Below are positions 26,616 to 38,474 of a stretch of 64,000 nucleotides of DNA, piece after piece. The notes below the pieces were generated by a model. It saw only the letters and a program-made list of their open reading frames with translations, made no database searches and was not told the origin of the DNA. Every line of letters begins with the position of its first letter. The first letter of the stretch is position 1. Position numbers and translations under genes: made by a program. This DNA comes from Psilocybe cubensis (Eukaryota). The stretch is taken from the NCBI GenBank assembly GCA_017499595.2, contig CM038998.1:558001-622000 (forward strand). The letters run 5' to 3'.

Positions 26616-28278
26616 CTACATAGACGAGCCTGAAACAAACTCAAGAATGCCGAGCATACCTTTTTTGTCCTCGGCAGGCTTGACGGTTCGCCCAACAATA
26701 TCTCTGAGAAGGGATTTACTGGCAAGGTGGTGAGCAAAATGGTTACCCCAGTTGCGGATAGATGAGTTCGTCTCCGTCAGCAGGCGCATCGCATCCTTAT
26801 TATCCACGAGTACCTGGATTGCCTGTGGAATTATACCCCCTCTGCCAGTCAGGAGTGAGCGTGCAGTAAGCAAGCGGGCATCATCAGCTGCTGGTTCCCC
26901 ATCTTCACCTTTCAATTTCAGCCGCCATGTCATTGACGCGTACGAAGTAGTCTCTTTCTCAGAAACAAGCCCTGCAAATCTGGCTAGTTTTGCTTGACCT
27001 TCATCAACAAGAGTACGGAGTCGTATGCGATCAAGTATTTCAGGGTCCTGCAATAATCGTAAAGAATAAGTAACGGTCAAAAGAAAGCAGCTATAGTCAT
27101 ACGCACCGCAGTAACGGCCCACTGCTCGAGTTCGCCCGTACGTCCCGTAACATCGCTTAACTGCCAAAGATGCTCGTCTCTCTCAGACGCCAACGTCGCC
27201 TCGACTTTCTGCCTGGCTTCGCGCTCCTCGGTCATCGCCTTCTGTAAGTTCGCCACCTTTTCACGCTCCTCAGTCATCGCTTCACGCTCCTCGGTCATCG
27301 CCTTCTGTAAGTTCGCCAACGTCGCCTCGACTTTCTGCCTGGCTTCGCGCTCCTCGGTCATCGCCTTCTGTAAGTTCGCCACCTTTTCACGCTCCTCAGT
27401 CATCGCTTCACGCTCCTCGGTCATCGCCTTCTGTAAGTTCGCCAACGTCGCCTCGACTTTCTGCCTGGCTTCGTGCTCCTCAGTCATCGCTTCACGCTCC
27501 TCGGTCATCGCCTTCTGTAAGTTCGCCACCGTTTCAGTCAAGAGTGCCTGTGAATTAAACCGTCAGAGGCAAGTCAAGAGGAAAGACGATTGAATGGGAT
27601 CAATACCAAAGGATCAGAAGGAGTCGACGAGCCACCAACGGAGGCTGCGCCACTCTTCTGTGATTTGCCTTTCTTCCGCTGCGGTTTCTTTGGCTTTGTA
27701 TCTGGGATGGATAAACAATTCGAAAAATCATTAATAACTCACAACCAGAGTGGAATGAAGGAGATACCTTCTTCCTGAAGTAACTCGGCCAAGGCAAGTT
27801 GATGTTGCAACTGAGTGACTTTTTCTTGCAGCATGGTATTCTCCTCGGTCAGTTGATTATTGGTTGCGACTTTTTGCTCGTAGTTCTTAAGCAAGCGAAA
27901 TATGTGGTGAGCGGAAGTGACGTTGACCATGCAAAGTCCCGTCTCGCCTGCAAAAATGGTGCTGAGGGAAGCATTCGTTGGAGCTGGCATTCCGACAGAA
28001 CTTGAAGTCGTGACTGGTTAATAAGTCAGCTTCTATGTGACGGTCACAATTTTGATCCCACCTGGTGCCGGCGAAGGTCGAGCTGGGTAGAAAGGTGTAA
28101 CACTGATGCAAGTCTTGAGAATAACGTCTTTTTCTACGCCAACTTTCTGTCCCATCTCGGAGGCATACATATCCAAAAGATCAGCCCCAGTCTTCGTGCC
28201 TTCGACATCAAGCACCACGCTATCAATTAAAGTATGCATTTGAATGGTTAGACTGCGTGAATTCGATGATTCCGACAT
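26616..28278 (-). CDS. Multi-exon hypothetical protein with an internally amplified coiled-coil repeat (ANLQKAMTEERE)
   Basis: Exons from ORFs at 28033, 27739, 27077 and 26616 plus a short Lys-rich exon, joined by GT-AG introns; near-perfect DNA repeats. Confidence 0.6.
27188..27530 (-). repeat. Coding tandem repeat, 126-nt (42-aa) period with nested 21-nt modules
   Basis: caacgtcgcctcgactttctgcc recurs at 27191, 27317 and 27443. Confidence 0.92.
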
Positions 28279-30112
28279 GGTTAGCGAGAAGACCAATGGG
28301 TAGGACAGAGAAGGCATCTTTCAAATACATAATTTATATGTCCCTTTATAATTTTCGTTATCGATTGCTGATCGATTGGCCTGTGAATCAGCAGTACTTA
28401 GGTGGATGATATGATTATCACTGACTCGGAATCCCTGATGTACCGGCTCACGAGGCCACACGAGGACACTCAAGATCGATGAACTAAGTCAACGGCTTTC
28501 TTAACAGCGTTCACTTCTTCAGAGCCTTTATGATTGGAAAGATGTTTTAATAGCATCGAACTCCAATGTGCTTTCAATAAGGGACACTTGAAGCTTGAAG
28601 CTTTGATTGAACCTGAACAGACCAGAACTCGGCAACCAACTGTCCTAAGTTAATAATATAATGAGATCATACCAAAAACAGAAGTAAAATTTGGAAGAAA
28701 CGAACCTTGATTCTTCATTTGAATCAACACAGGTGACCACTGACAGAATAACCAGCTGGATATTAATATTCCGCTGAAGAAGTAACTGAGTTTCTCCGTC
28801 TGTCCGTTACATAGCAGGAATGCTTGTTGAAATTCGACAGCCGTACACGGAGCAGAATGACAGATGATAAAAATTCTAGAAGAGTGAGTCTTGGTCAGCT
28901 TCTGCGAAGAGCAGTTGTCGGAGCATTGAGGAAGCCTCCTACTTTCTGATGAGCATTCGCGACAGCTGCTTTACCTGTATTATGCATTGAGTATCGTATC
29001 AACTACCTACAGCCGCAGTCCTGAGTTGTAAAGCAGTACCGTTTATACTTCAGCATCGCATGTGAAGTTCGAAGCTCAATATTCTTAACGCAATTGAAAG
29101 AACAAGGCATACTACCTACAAAAGAACCAACTTGAATTTCTTCATTCTCTGAATATATATATGATATATGCCTGGCAAAAAGTTGAGATTCCGCCAAAAA
29201 AAAGCATTCAAGGATCCGCAGGCCAGCTAACCAGAGACGGTCGACCCCGCCCAATCCCGGGCCCCATCTCAACTCTAACCAGTGTTTTTAAAGCTGCTCG
29301 ACTGTTAATAAGATCTTCATGCTATTTTACATGGACTTTTTCAAAGAGTATCTATCACAATAGTAGACTCACCTGTAATATAATACTCGTTAGACAGGTT
29401 ATTAGATAAGAAGATGAAAGAAATCAACTTACCAAATGCGAATACCCGAACTTATGCCCACGCTGCACGTACTCTCCCTCTTCCGCCCTCGTCTTGATAG
29501 TGCCAATCATTATGCGCCAACACAAACGCCATGACGCGGCCAAAATATGGGCTATCAATGGGCACGATCCGTGCATTTTCGCCGTATACATCTAGAGTAG
29601 TTCGAATAGCTTGCAGCTAGATATCAAATAACATCCAAATAACATCGTCAGTTAAAGAAACAAAAGCGGAAAAATCAAAAATCAAAATATGAACATTGAC
29701 AGAATAATACTCCCCAGTAATATACGTCATCTTCCCAGTCATACCCTCAACCGGCGAATGAAAGCGGCAATAATCGTGACTCTCTAGTCGTAGATACATC
29801 CTTTAGTGAATTCATATACATTAAACCCGTCTATTGAGTTCCTCTACTGTGCCGAAACTACCCTCTCCGTCACTTTCCCAAGTCACGGGAGTCCCTTTCG
29901 TCACACGTACATGGTCTAGAAAGAAATCTGTGGAAGAAGGAAGAAAAAAAGAAAAAAAAAAACTTAAACATCCCATCACTGCCTGGACTCACTCCAATCG
30001 CACCGTAAATCGCATTGGCGATGGTGCTTGTCGTCAAAATGAGCGGCACCCCAGAATCTAGGACAGCACTGGGCCACACAGCGCCGGTATTGCTCCCTCC
30101 CACATCCAAAAC

Positions 30113-31799
30113 CGGGGAGCGGATTCGGGAGCAAGAGCATTATCAACACGTCAAAGAGCACAGTAGTATCAGGCACATACAATATTTCTACATAACGATT
30201 TTACAAATATACACATTAATACAAAAAAATTGTGTATAATATTATTATCACCCTGGTGGATACGGTCGGGAATTTTTTGGGACAGCGGCTGCGCAAGTGA
30301 ATGGAGATTAGATGTACTTTACATTGGTCAAGGTGCGAAATGCTTAGATGACGAGTGTTCTAGAGAGGATCGGTTTTGGCCCAAGAAAGCCACAGAATGA
30401 AGTGGTGATGGGATGGTTGTGACGTCGGGCGGGAGAAAGGTGAGAGGTGTCCGGATTTGTGTACCATCCTCACTCCATGCCCTGCCATTTACAACCCGTA
30501 ATATGATCAGAAGGGGTGCGATGCCCTGGTGAAAGTAAGTCAGTGATGAGGAAGGGTTGATAGCAGCAACACTGGACGTACGCTCATCTTCGACCATAGT
30601 TGGCCAAATAGAATACCCGTTCCATATTCCAGGGAAAAGGGTATGAGATACATGATTCCCAGAAGACTGTAGGGAGCGGCGGACTCGATAAGGATGGCCG
30701 CTGCACCCCCGTAGATTTGCCCGTTCTCTTTCCCGAGTGTTTTTGAGAAACGCCTAGACAGGCGGAATAAGCGAACACAGATGAAGACAGTCACCACGAT
30801 GTTGAGGCATATAGTAATGGAATAGTATGCCACCGCCAGCCTGACACTATCCTTGCCGAAGAAGTCGCCATTAGGCTTCCCTGCTAGGACAAGTTGCTGG
30901 ATCGCTAATGCTTCAGACAACGTTTATGAGCACACGGTTGCAAGCTAGGCGAAGGAAACACTCACCAAATCCGACCATGTATGCCAACGCAGGAAGCAAA
31001 ATAACCACAAAGCTCCTTCCATAAACGAGAAAGAGGCGATATATCTGCGAAAACAATGGATATCGATTATCCCCTGGTGTGAAAATGAAGTCCCACCAGA
31101 AGTGCATCGCCCATGAACACAGAGCCGACGACCGATACTGACCCCAGGGTCTCGTATCCGACAGAGACCTCTGTCTTGATATACTGAGCAACTCCTCCAG
31201 GTCTTTCCCGATACGTGATCCACATCTCTTCTCCCCAAACGGCATTACAGGCGACGTCAATCGTTGTCAGCAGAACCATGATTGTGCTATATACCGCGCA
31301 GAACCGTTTACTATGCATGGAACTCTCATTCCCTCTGCGGAACAGCGATTCCAGAATCATGAAGTACACGCTTAACTCAAACCCTGTAAGGAAGTCTGGG
31401 TTGAGTATCAACTTTCGAGTAAAAGTGTGACCCACCGTACATGATCCCTCCTATGTAGCTTCCTATGTAGTAGGAATGCTCGAAAAGTGCTGTTCCTGTG
31501 GACATGGCATGCAGCGCGAGTGCGAGACCAGCTCGTTGAAGTGTGGGGTATTAAAGTGAGCTTTGGGGACAAGGGGGACGAAACAATGGCATGTGTCAAT
31601 ATTATGTGAAGACCTGTGTTAATAAACAAGTCATCAATAACTTAGACTCAATAAGCCTGCCACCAAACCATTTATGCCGTTCTAACCTGCGGCAGGAATG
31701 TCTTGGATCATTACTGAAAACATAGGTTTGAGACTGTGGCTATATAGTACTCTGTGTATGATGTGAGTAGATTAAAGCTTAATTGGCTTAGTTGCTTCT
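30113..31799. repeat. Segmental duplication copy B (~1.69 kb)
   Basis: Near-identical to 24880..26569, differing by a few SNPs and small indels. Confidence 0.95.
30328..31505 (-). CDS. Agaricomycete 7-TM (GPCR-like) membrane protein, copy B
   Basis: Same exon structure as copy A; differs by T6A, R->C (RFCAVY) and a 9-nt in-frame indel (QTI) near the C-terminus. Confidence 0.8.
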
Positions 31800-32944
31800 C
31801 TAGATCATTTTGCTAGCACGAATGATGGCGCGTTCACTAGCGAACAAGGAATTGCAATTCTGAGTGTTGTGTGTCACGTTAGAGCCCCGTATTTTACAGA
31901 AAGTAATGTGATAAAAATCCGATTATGTGCAGAAGAAATCAGGGCAGGAATCCCATAGGAACTGTCGGCCTGGATGTTTTGCAATCCGAAAACTTCAAGG
32001 CGTGATTGACATTTAAACGGAGCGCTTATATTTGACTCGGAGCTTTAACAGAAAATTGACATTCTTGGTTGATCGGTGGTCGACGTTGATCCAATATCAA
32101 TTGCATTCCTTCCATCCTCTTCACTGCATTATTGCCATATGTACCACACAAAAGGCAATGGCTTAATGTGTTCTTTGAACCGTAATGAGCAGCGAGATGT
32201 GCAAGGCCATTAGTACCTCTTTCTATCACCGTCCAAACGGGTTTTTGTTGATGCCGAATCATTTTGTTGCACTGATTTGTGTAACCTGTGGTGAGTGGGC
32301 GCAAAATTTCACCTTTTCACACACATGTTGTATAGCATGCAGCTCACTTTTCGTAATTACAGGTGATGGCCACTGCCTCTACGTTTGCACCTATCCGCAC
32401 AAGTACTGGAAATCCTTGTAATCGCCGAAATGACAGAACAGCGTGGAGTTGCTGGTTAATTTTGCACATCAAAGCTAAGATGATCAAGGCATCATATGGG
32501 GAAACCAGTTAAGTTTCTTGGCCTTTGCTCCAGGTGAGGCACTTGAATCTTTCTTGGCGAAGATGTTTCTCTAAGTAATGTTCGTCAGTAACGATATCAT
32601 CGAGGATGTTTTGCTGGACGCCCAGTCTTCAGCATTGCTGTAAGCACTGTTTGTGATCAATATGCGACATTTTTTTCTGCTATTTGGCGGCTCCGACTTG
32701 AACGTGCTTCCAATCATCACATTCCCAGGCGGCCATTAGTTGGTGTTATTCAACAAAGCCATGTGTACCCAGGTTTCACGAGCCCCTCATATATAGTCCG
32801 ACTACCCTGCAAAGGATGTTCATGACCATGCCGCATGATCTCAACATGTTTCGCAATCTCTGGATCTCATTTTGGGCGCATCCCTTGATTTCCTCGTATT
32901 GGCCTTTTCGCTTAGGTGCAGTTACCTCAGCCACTGACCACATC

Positions 32945-33994
32945 ATGCCAGCATTCACGGTTCAGCGCGTACAGAACCCAACTGGTAGGAAAACCTCATT
33001 TCTTCACGGTGTGATTCGATCTGATTCTATTCGATCCTCAGAGGAGGAAATCAATGCTTCGGCTGATCTGTTCTACGACCTCATGCAAGACAGTAAGCTG
33101 ATTGATTGCAGCTCCGTAATAGTTTCTGAACAACTATCTGAAGATCAAGGAGCGATTAGTCTGTCGGGAGGCGACAAGTCGTTGATGAAGCTGCAAGCAT
33201 TGGCTATGCTAAGGGCCGGTATTCTGGCAGGAGAATATTATACCGCTACCAATAAAGATGGAAAGTTGATTGGATACACTCTATGGATGCCTCCGGGTCG
33301 AGAAATTTTCAGCACGTGAGTTACTCCAGCAAGTCAATAATATAAGTGTGAAGCTGATCAGGTCGATCAGCGAAGAAGAAAGACAACTTGGCTTTAACGA
33401 GTTCATGGCTCGCCTTCCAGATCAGGGCAAGGAGTACTTCCGAACAACGGTACGAGATGTCTGATCGAAACTATCGCAACCCTGCAATTGACGCCTTGCA
33501 TATCAGTTTCTTGCGCACTTCCCGGGATTTGTGAACAGTATACTTGGGCCTACTGTAGGTTTTACGCAGGACATCGCCTTAATTGTAAATGAGCATGGAC
33601 TAAGTGTATATCCTCAGGGAAAACTTGACTCCTGGTGGCTTCACATGGCAATGGTTGACCGAAATTATCAAAAAATGGGAATCACAAGGGCACTGATCAA
33701 CCTTGTTCGCGAAAAGGTACGATAAAGCCCAAATGAGGTTGTTGTCGCATATGTTAAAACAAACCCTCATTTTAGGCCTCTGTATCTGGGGATACGCTGG
33801 CTTGTTCTACAACCAACGACAATAACGTACGTGAACGTCATACGTGCTGAAGTTTATGCCTTACCTGTTTCCCCTTGTAGGTTCCTGTTTACCTTGCTCT
33901 AGGCTTCACTCATCGAGGGAGGAAGATTATGCCTTCTCCATGGGGCGATTGGCCAGTTCATCTATTCTCGCTCGATACCTCTTTGACATCATAA
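32945..33994 (+). CDS. GNAT-family N-acetyltransferase, multi-exon
   Basis: Spliced MPAFTVQRVQNPT...IGYTLWMPPG...WWLHMAMVDRNYQKMGITRALI (acetyl-CoA motif A, Q-x-x-G-x)...NNVPVYLALGF (motif B); stop TAA at 33992-33994. Confidence 0.88.
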
Positions 33995-34545
33995 ATGTCC
34001 AGATGTTTTCTATCTCTTTCACCAGGAATACCTCGGTACTACAATCCAGGAAACACCTTTCAACGGTAATTTTCAGTGGGAATTCTGTTTCTTTCGTTCA
34101 AGTTCTAAGGCTTTCCCCTGTCGATTATTCCGCCTCCATGGACTTTCTGGCTCTGAGATCACCGTTGAGTCAGCTGTATGCTTCGAGTTAGACTCCTAAT
34201 GCTTGTTGCTTGCTTGTCGGCGCGCTAGGTATGTGGGGGGCAGTCGTTCCCTGGCGGCCCGGACTTCGGAATCTACCGATGATCCCCCTTAACTCAGAAC
34301 TGTCACCCCTGTGTCAATTGATTTATTCGGGGGATGTCTTTTGTCCGTTTCGTCGTAATGAGCTTATGGTCAAATTTGGTGGCTTCACCTTTTGCTCGAT
34401 CATGAGTGTCTTTAGATGACTGTCTGGGGTTGTCGATGCCTAATGCGATGCCGTCGCTGAAAGGACTTTGAGAGAATAGCTTTATCGTTAAATTGAACAC
34501 AATTTTGCTTTCAATCCTTTAGACCCTACCTCCTTCACACTCGCG

Positions 34546-35556
34546 ATGTCAGAGAGGTCGGACGAGCTCGAGTCGATGACTCTGCTGGAAATCCATGAAG
34601 ATGAATATAATGGCTATCGAGGCGAGTAACCTACGTTCAGCTTAACGAATTTATTTAATTGGTTCTCAGGCTCCAAAACAGCCCAGAAGTGGCACACTAC
34701 CCCGACCACAGTCACCACAGCAATCACTATCGGGTTGGCCATTTTTTTCATTTTTGACATCATGGCATTTGTCTATATTATCATGATTCTCAAAGAAACT
34801 AGTCGGATAGGCGCAGTGGACAGTTTGCCGTTCAAGAATCCATATGTCGGACTGGACCAACTTTACAACCTCCACAAAATAAAACCTTCACAGTACGATC
34901 GGATTGTCAATGAACCTCGTCTAGCTACCCAGATTAGCCAAGATGAACCGCAGAAAATATTTCCCGTCGATCTCCACCGATGGCTCAGTGACTTTGGACT
35001 TCTTTCGCCGCCTGATCGCAACTTCAAAGTTACCAGCACTGTATGATCTTCTCTTTGTATCGTCCATGATCATTGCCTCATGTATTGCTCATAGATCCAT
35101 ACGATACTTCAATTTCACGTCCTAGATTACGGTATGGAACAGTGTTCGCTTGCAGTTCGCCTTCCGAACCGCGAGGACATTCTGCCCCACCCCTTTTCCT
35201 TGCCTGTGACGGGGGACACTGTGAGGCTTGACATATGCGAGCTCGCCGCCAGCCGTCCCTTGAAAGAAAGCACACTAAGCTGGTCGACACGCCCAAACTG
35301 TATCCGGAGCCTGGGAAGTCTGGACGCCAAAATCGGAGGAGAAGTCAGCATGGAACCGTTTTTCTGTAGATCAGGTTCGTTCATCGCATATCAGGTCTCT
35401 TGTGCAAAAGGATTTCCCGGCTGTGAGGTCGATGTCTGGACAAATCAAAATGCGACTTGGGGTGAGCTCTATTGTTTGTCCCCGTACTGCTTTCGTTCCC
35501 CTGACTGTATTACGACATTCAAAGGCGTTTATTTGAATCAATATCAGACTACTTAG
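34546..35556 (+). CDS. Type II membrane protein with a But2 C-terminal-like domain (function unknown)
   Basis: N-terminal TM (AITIGLAIFFIFDIMAFVYII); NPYVGLDQLY; HTILQFHVLDYGMEQCSL motif; Cys-rich C-terminal region. Confidence 0.65.
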
Positions 35557-36615
35557 ATGAAGTTATCTACATCTGCATCGTCAGGCACTGTTGAGTACCT
35601 GAACACTCTGGGCGTTCTGTTATGTCATTCCCAATCCATTTCTATTTTGCCATGCAGTTTGCCATTACGAAAGTCGACAAAACAGAACGTCATCACAAGA
35701 CCCCGCCGCCCTAATTCTTACCGGCGCGAGATGATTCCATAGATCGATCGAGCTTCACCTATCTTTTTAGGGCCAAACAGCGAATTTTTCAAGTACAGCC
35801 CTGATAATACAAGGCCATCGATGTCGCCGATAGGATCTTCTGAGCATATGAAGAACATGGCTGATCTGCAAATGTGTCCATTGTATGGGCGTTGTGTGGC
35901 TTTCCGCAGTTTCTTTTTAGTGAAGGAACATGAAACACGCAGCTCTTCTCGGGAGCAAGTAGGTATCGGACATTGAGCGCTTATCTTTTCCAAGTGAACT
36001 CACAGCAAGGATGCATGTCCCAAGGATCCAATACGGTCCACTATAGCCGGATCAAGAGTAATTATCCTTTAATAAAATGTGATCTTTTCTTCCTTGATCT
36101 GTTGAAAGGGAGACGAAGAGGGAAAAAATAAACGCGGTCATCTAAACGACTGCAATTGCAGAACCCGGACTTTAAGTAGAGAGTCCATGCAACCTGGTGA
36201 CCTCCATATGCCGATCAGCCATTGACTAGCACTTTCGTCACATAAAGAGTCGGCATTTGCTTGGAGGCATTCCTAGACTTCTAATCCCTTAGAATTATTG
36301 ATCCGTGGTATGCCCAGACCATTTAGTAAACTTCCCCGCGGCTATTATAGGACACGCGCCCGTTGCGCATAAGCCAAAGGTCTCAGGTGAGCATGTAAAA
36401 TTGCTGAATAAACGGATGAAATTGAATCTTCTGCACTAAGTGGTGTCGATTCTAAATATAAACTGGTCGTATTGTACACTAGCCCCTTGGCTTACTATCA
36501 CGCTGGAATTATGAAGTATTAAGGATGAACATCAGCCGGAAGTGTGCTGGGAGGGCAGTTTTTCCTTGACAGAAAAAGTCAGCTGGGTCATATACAACCA
36601 TGATGATATCTCACT

Positions 36616-36890
36616 TCATTGAGTATCTTGCTGTGTAGAGCGTCGCAACCACGCAGTATCGGCACGAGCGACTTCAACCTCACGCAGCCAAGCGGTATCG
36701 GCACGAATAGCTTCAACTTCTCGGAGCCACGCAGTATCGGCTCGACCAACTTCAGTTTCAACTGGTAGCGGGTTAGAGACAGAAACGGCGAGTATAAACG
36801 AATAATCATACCTGATTCGATTTGTGCGACTGGTAAGGCCGTAACAGATACAATAAGAGCAACAACGATGTAGAGTTTGGCGCTGAACAT
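36616..36890 (-). CDS. Secreted repeat precursor peptide 1 (74 aa): MFSAKLYIVVALIVSVTALPVAQIESV-ETEVGRADTAWLR-EVEAIRADTAWLR-EVEVARADTAWLR-RSTQQDTQ
   Basis: Exon 1 36890-36812; 50-nt GTATGA..CTAAC..CAG intron 36811-36762; exon 2 36761-36616; signal peptide; three 13-aa repeats with identical core and synonymous-only differences in the core codons. Confidence 0.9.
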
Positions 36891-36950
36891 TTCTGAGATG
36901 CTAACCGTTGCAGTAGGAGTTATAGAGCTGTGCAACATTTGAAACCCTGC

Positions 36951-36957
36951 TTTTATA
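36951..36957 (-). promoter_or_regulatory. TATA box of precursor 1
   Basis: TATAAAA on the minus strand about 60 nt upstream of the ATG. Confidence 0.55.
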
Positions 36958-38388
36958 ACTTTCCGTCTGCTCGTTTTCAGATCCTGCATCTTACTTAGTT
37001 GACTCAGGGCAGCTTCCGAGCATTTTGGTATATCGGGCCCCCTTTTCCGCTGCTAGCGTCTGGGGCAATTGACATATTAGATCAGGTATCGATATATGTC
37101 AATAATGCGGGTCCGTCCTTTTCGCTGACTCTTCTGTCTTATGTCGCAAATTGGAAGGGAAGATAATAATTAGCATGTTCCCTCCTAGGCAAATGTAAAA
37201 AAAAACTAAAATAAAATAAAATCCCATGATACTGTATTCAAAAAGCATGAAACAATCGGAGTAAATATGTACTTCTAGTTATGGTATAAAATTGATTTCC
37301 AATGACGACGATTCTGCTTGTCGTGAAGATATATTAATTTCTAAAGTTTACCATCCCTATTTGATTGCAAACCCCTTTTGAGGATGATCCCCTCAACATC
37401 GGTGGCTGTGGGACCATCATACCGCGTAGCAGGCGAGACGGGTGACACTGCACGCGAAGCCCTTGGCAAAGTACGTACATTCGGATGCCCCGAGGCGACC
37501 ACCGATCGTTGAATGCATGACTAAGTTGACTTATGTACCTGGACAACTTTCACATTTCTCTGTGCCTTAAGGTACTTCCGATTTCAGTCGAACCTGAGAT
37601 ATGGTCCGTATGTAATTATGAAGGCCAACTAGACGAAAGTTATTTTTGGTCATTACTATTTTTAGGCGCCCATGAAAGCGCCAAGCGCCATGGTTGATTT
37701 GACCATCGCGCTTAGTTGGTTACACACGTCAAAGTCAAAGTCGCATCAAAAGACGCAAAACAGCTAAGCCTAAAGAACTGTGTATAACTGACCTCCTAAG
37801 AGTATGCAAAGTTTATTGTCCTGCTCGTAATTATGCTTGAACACTTTCATAGCGGGATTGATGCCCCTTAATGCCGTTAGCAGACGAATATCGTCGTGGG
37901 TGAAACAGAAAAATTAAACTACATTGAGTGTTTTATTAGTACCAATATGTATCCATATTTTAAGCATCATCTACCCGCTATATTCGTTTCTATTCAGGTA
38001 AATCGCCCTGGCATGATAATGATACATTATTTCCATGGGGAGTATCTACGAAAGCAAAAGAATCAAAATTTATAAAATTTACTCTGCACATGGCATGGCA
38101 AATAAGAATACCCAAAATGCTACCAAGTTAATCACCACTAATCCCGCGTGCCTCTACCTCAGCTATTCCGGATTATCATTCCAGGCGAACTTGGGTTTGC
38201 TACCGAGATCTTGAGTGAGTCGATGCATCTGCTCAGATCCTTGTACATCAAACGATCCAAGTTTCATAGACACAGGAGTTGTTTCACTAAACACATACTT
38301 TCCGTTTTTGTTAATATGAATATATCAGGCGGCCGTATTTACTACCCTTGATATTGTCGAAGAACTTCCTACGTTCATTTTCTCCACA

Positions 38389-38394
38389 TATAAG
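38389..38394 (+). promoter_or_regulatory. Putative TATA box of precursor 2
   Basis: TATAAG about 85 nt upstream of the ATG at 38475. Confidence 0.4.
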
Positions 38395-38474
38395 AAGGAT
38401 ATTTCTTGAGAGTGGAATTAAGAAACTATCAATTGCTCACCCAGCTTCACTCACAACTCTACTTGCCATACAAC

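Noticed and set aside
27188-27530. Repeat array as CRISPR-like or as a RiPP precursor
   Set aside because: Eukaryotic context, no unique spacers, no signal peptide; encodes a heptad coiled coil
36588-36989. 133-aa ORF-track protein with VPILRG-like repeats
   Set aside because: Artefact of reading through the intron into the wrong frame; the spliced frame gives the conserved ADTAWLR cores
24430-37103. Recurrent ATTGACA/TGTCAAT as a cluster-wide regulatory motif
   Set aside because: Also occurs outside the cluster at a frequency compatible with chance for a 7-mer
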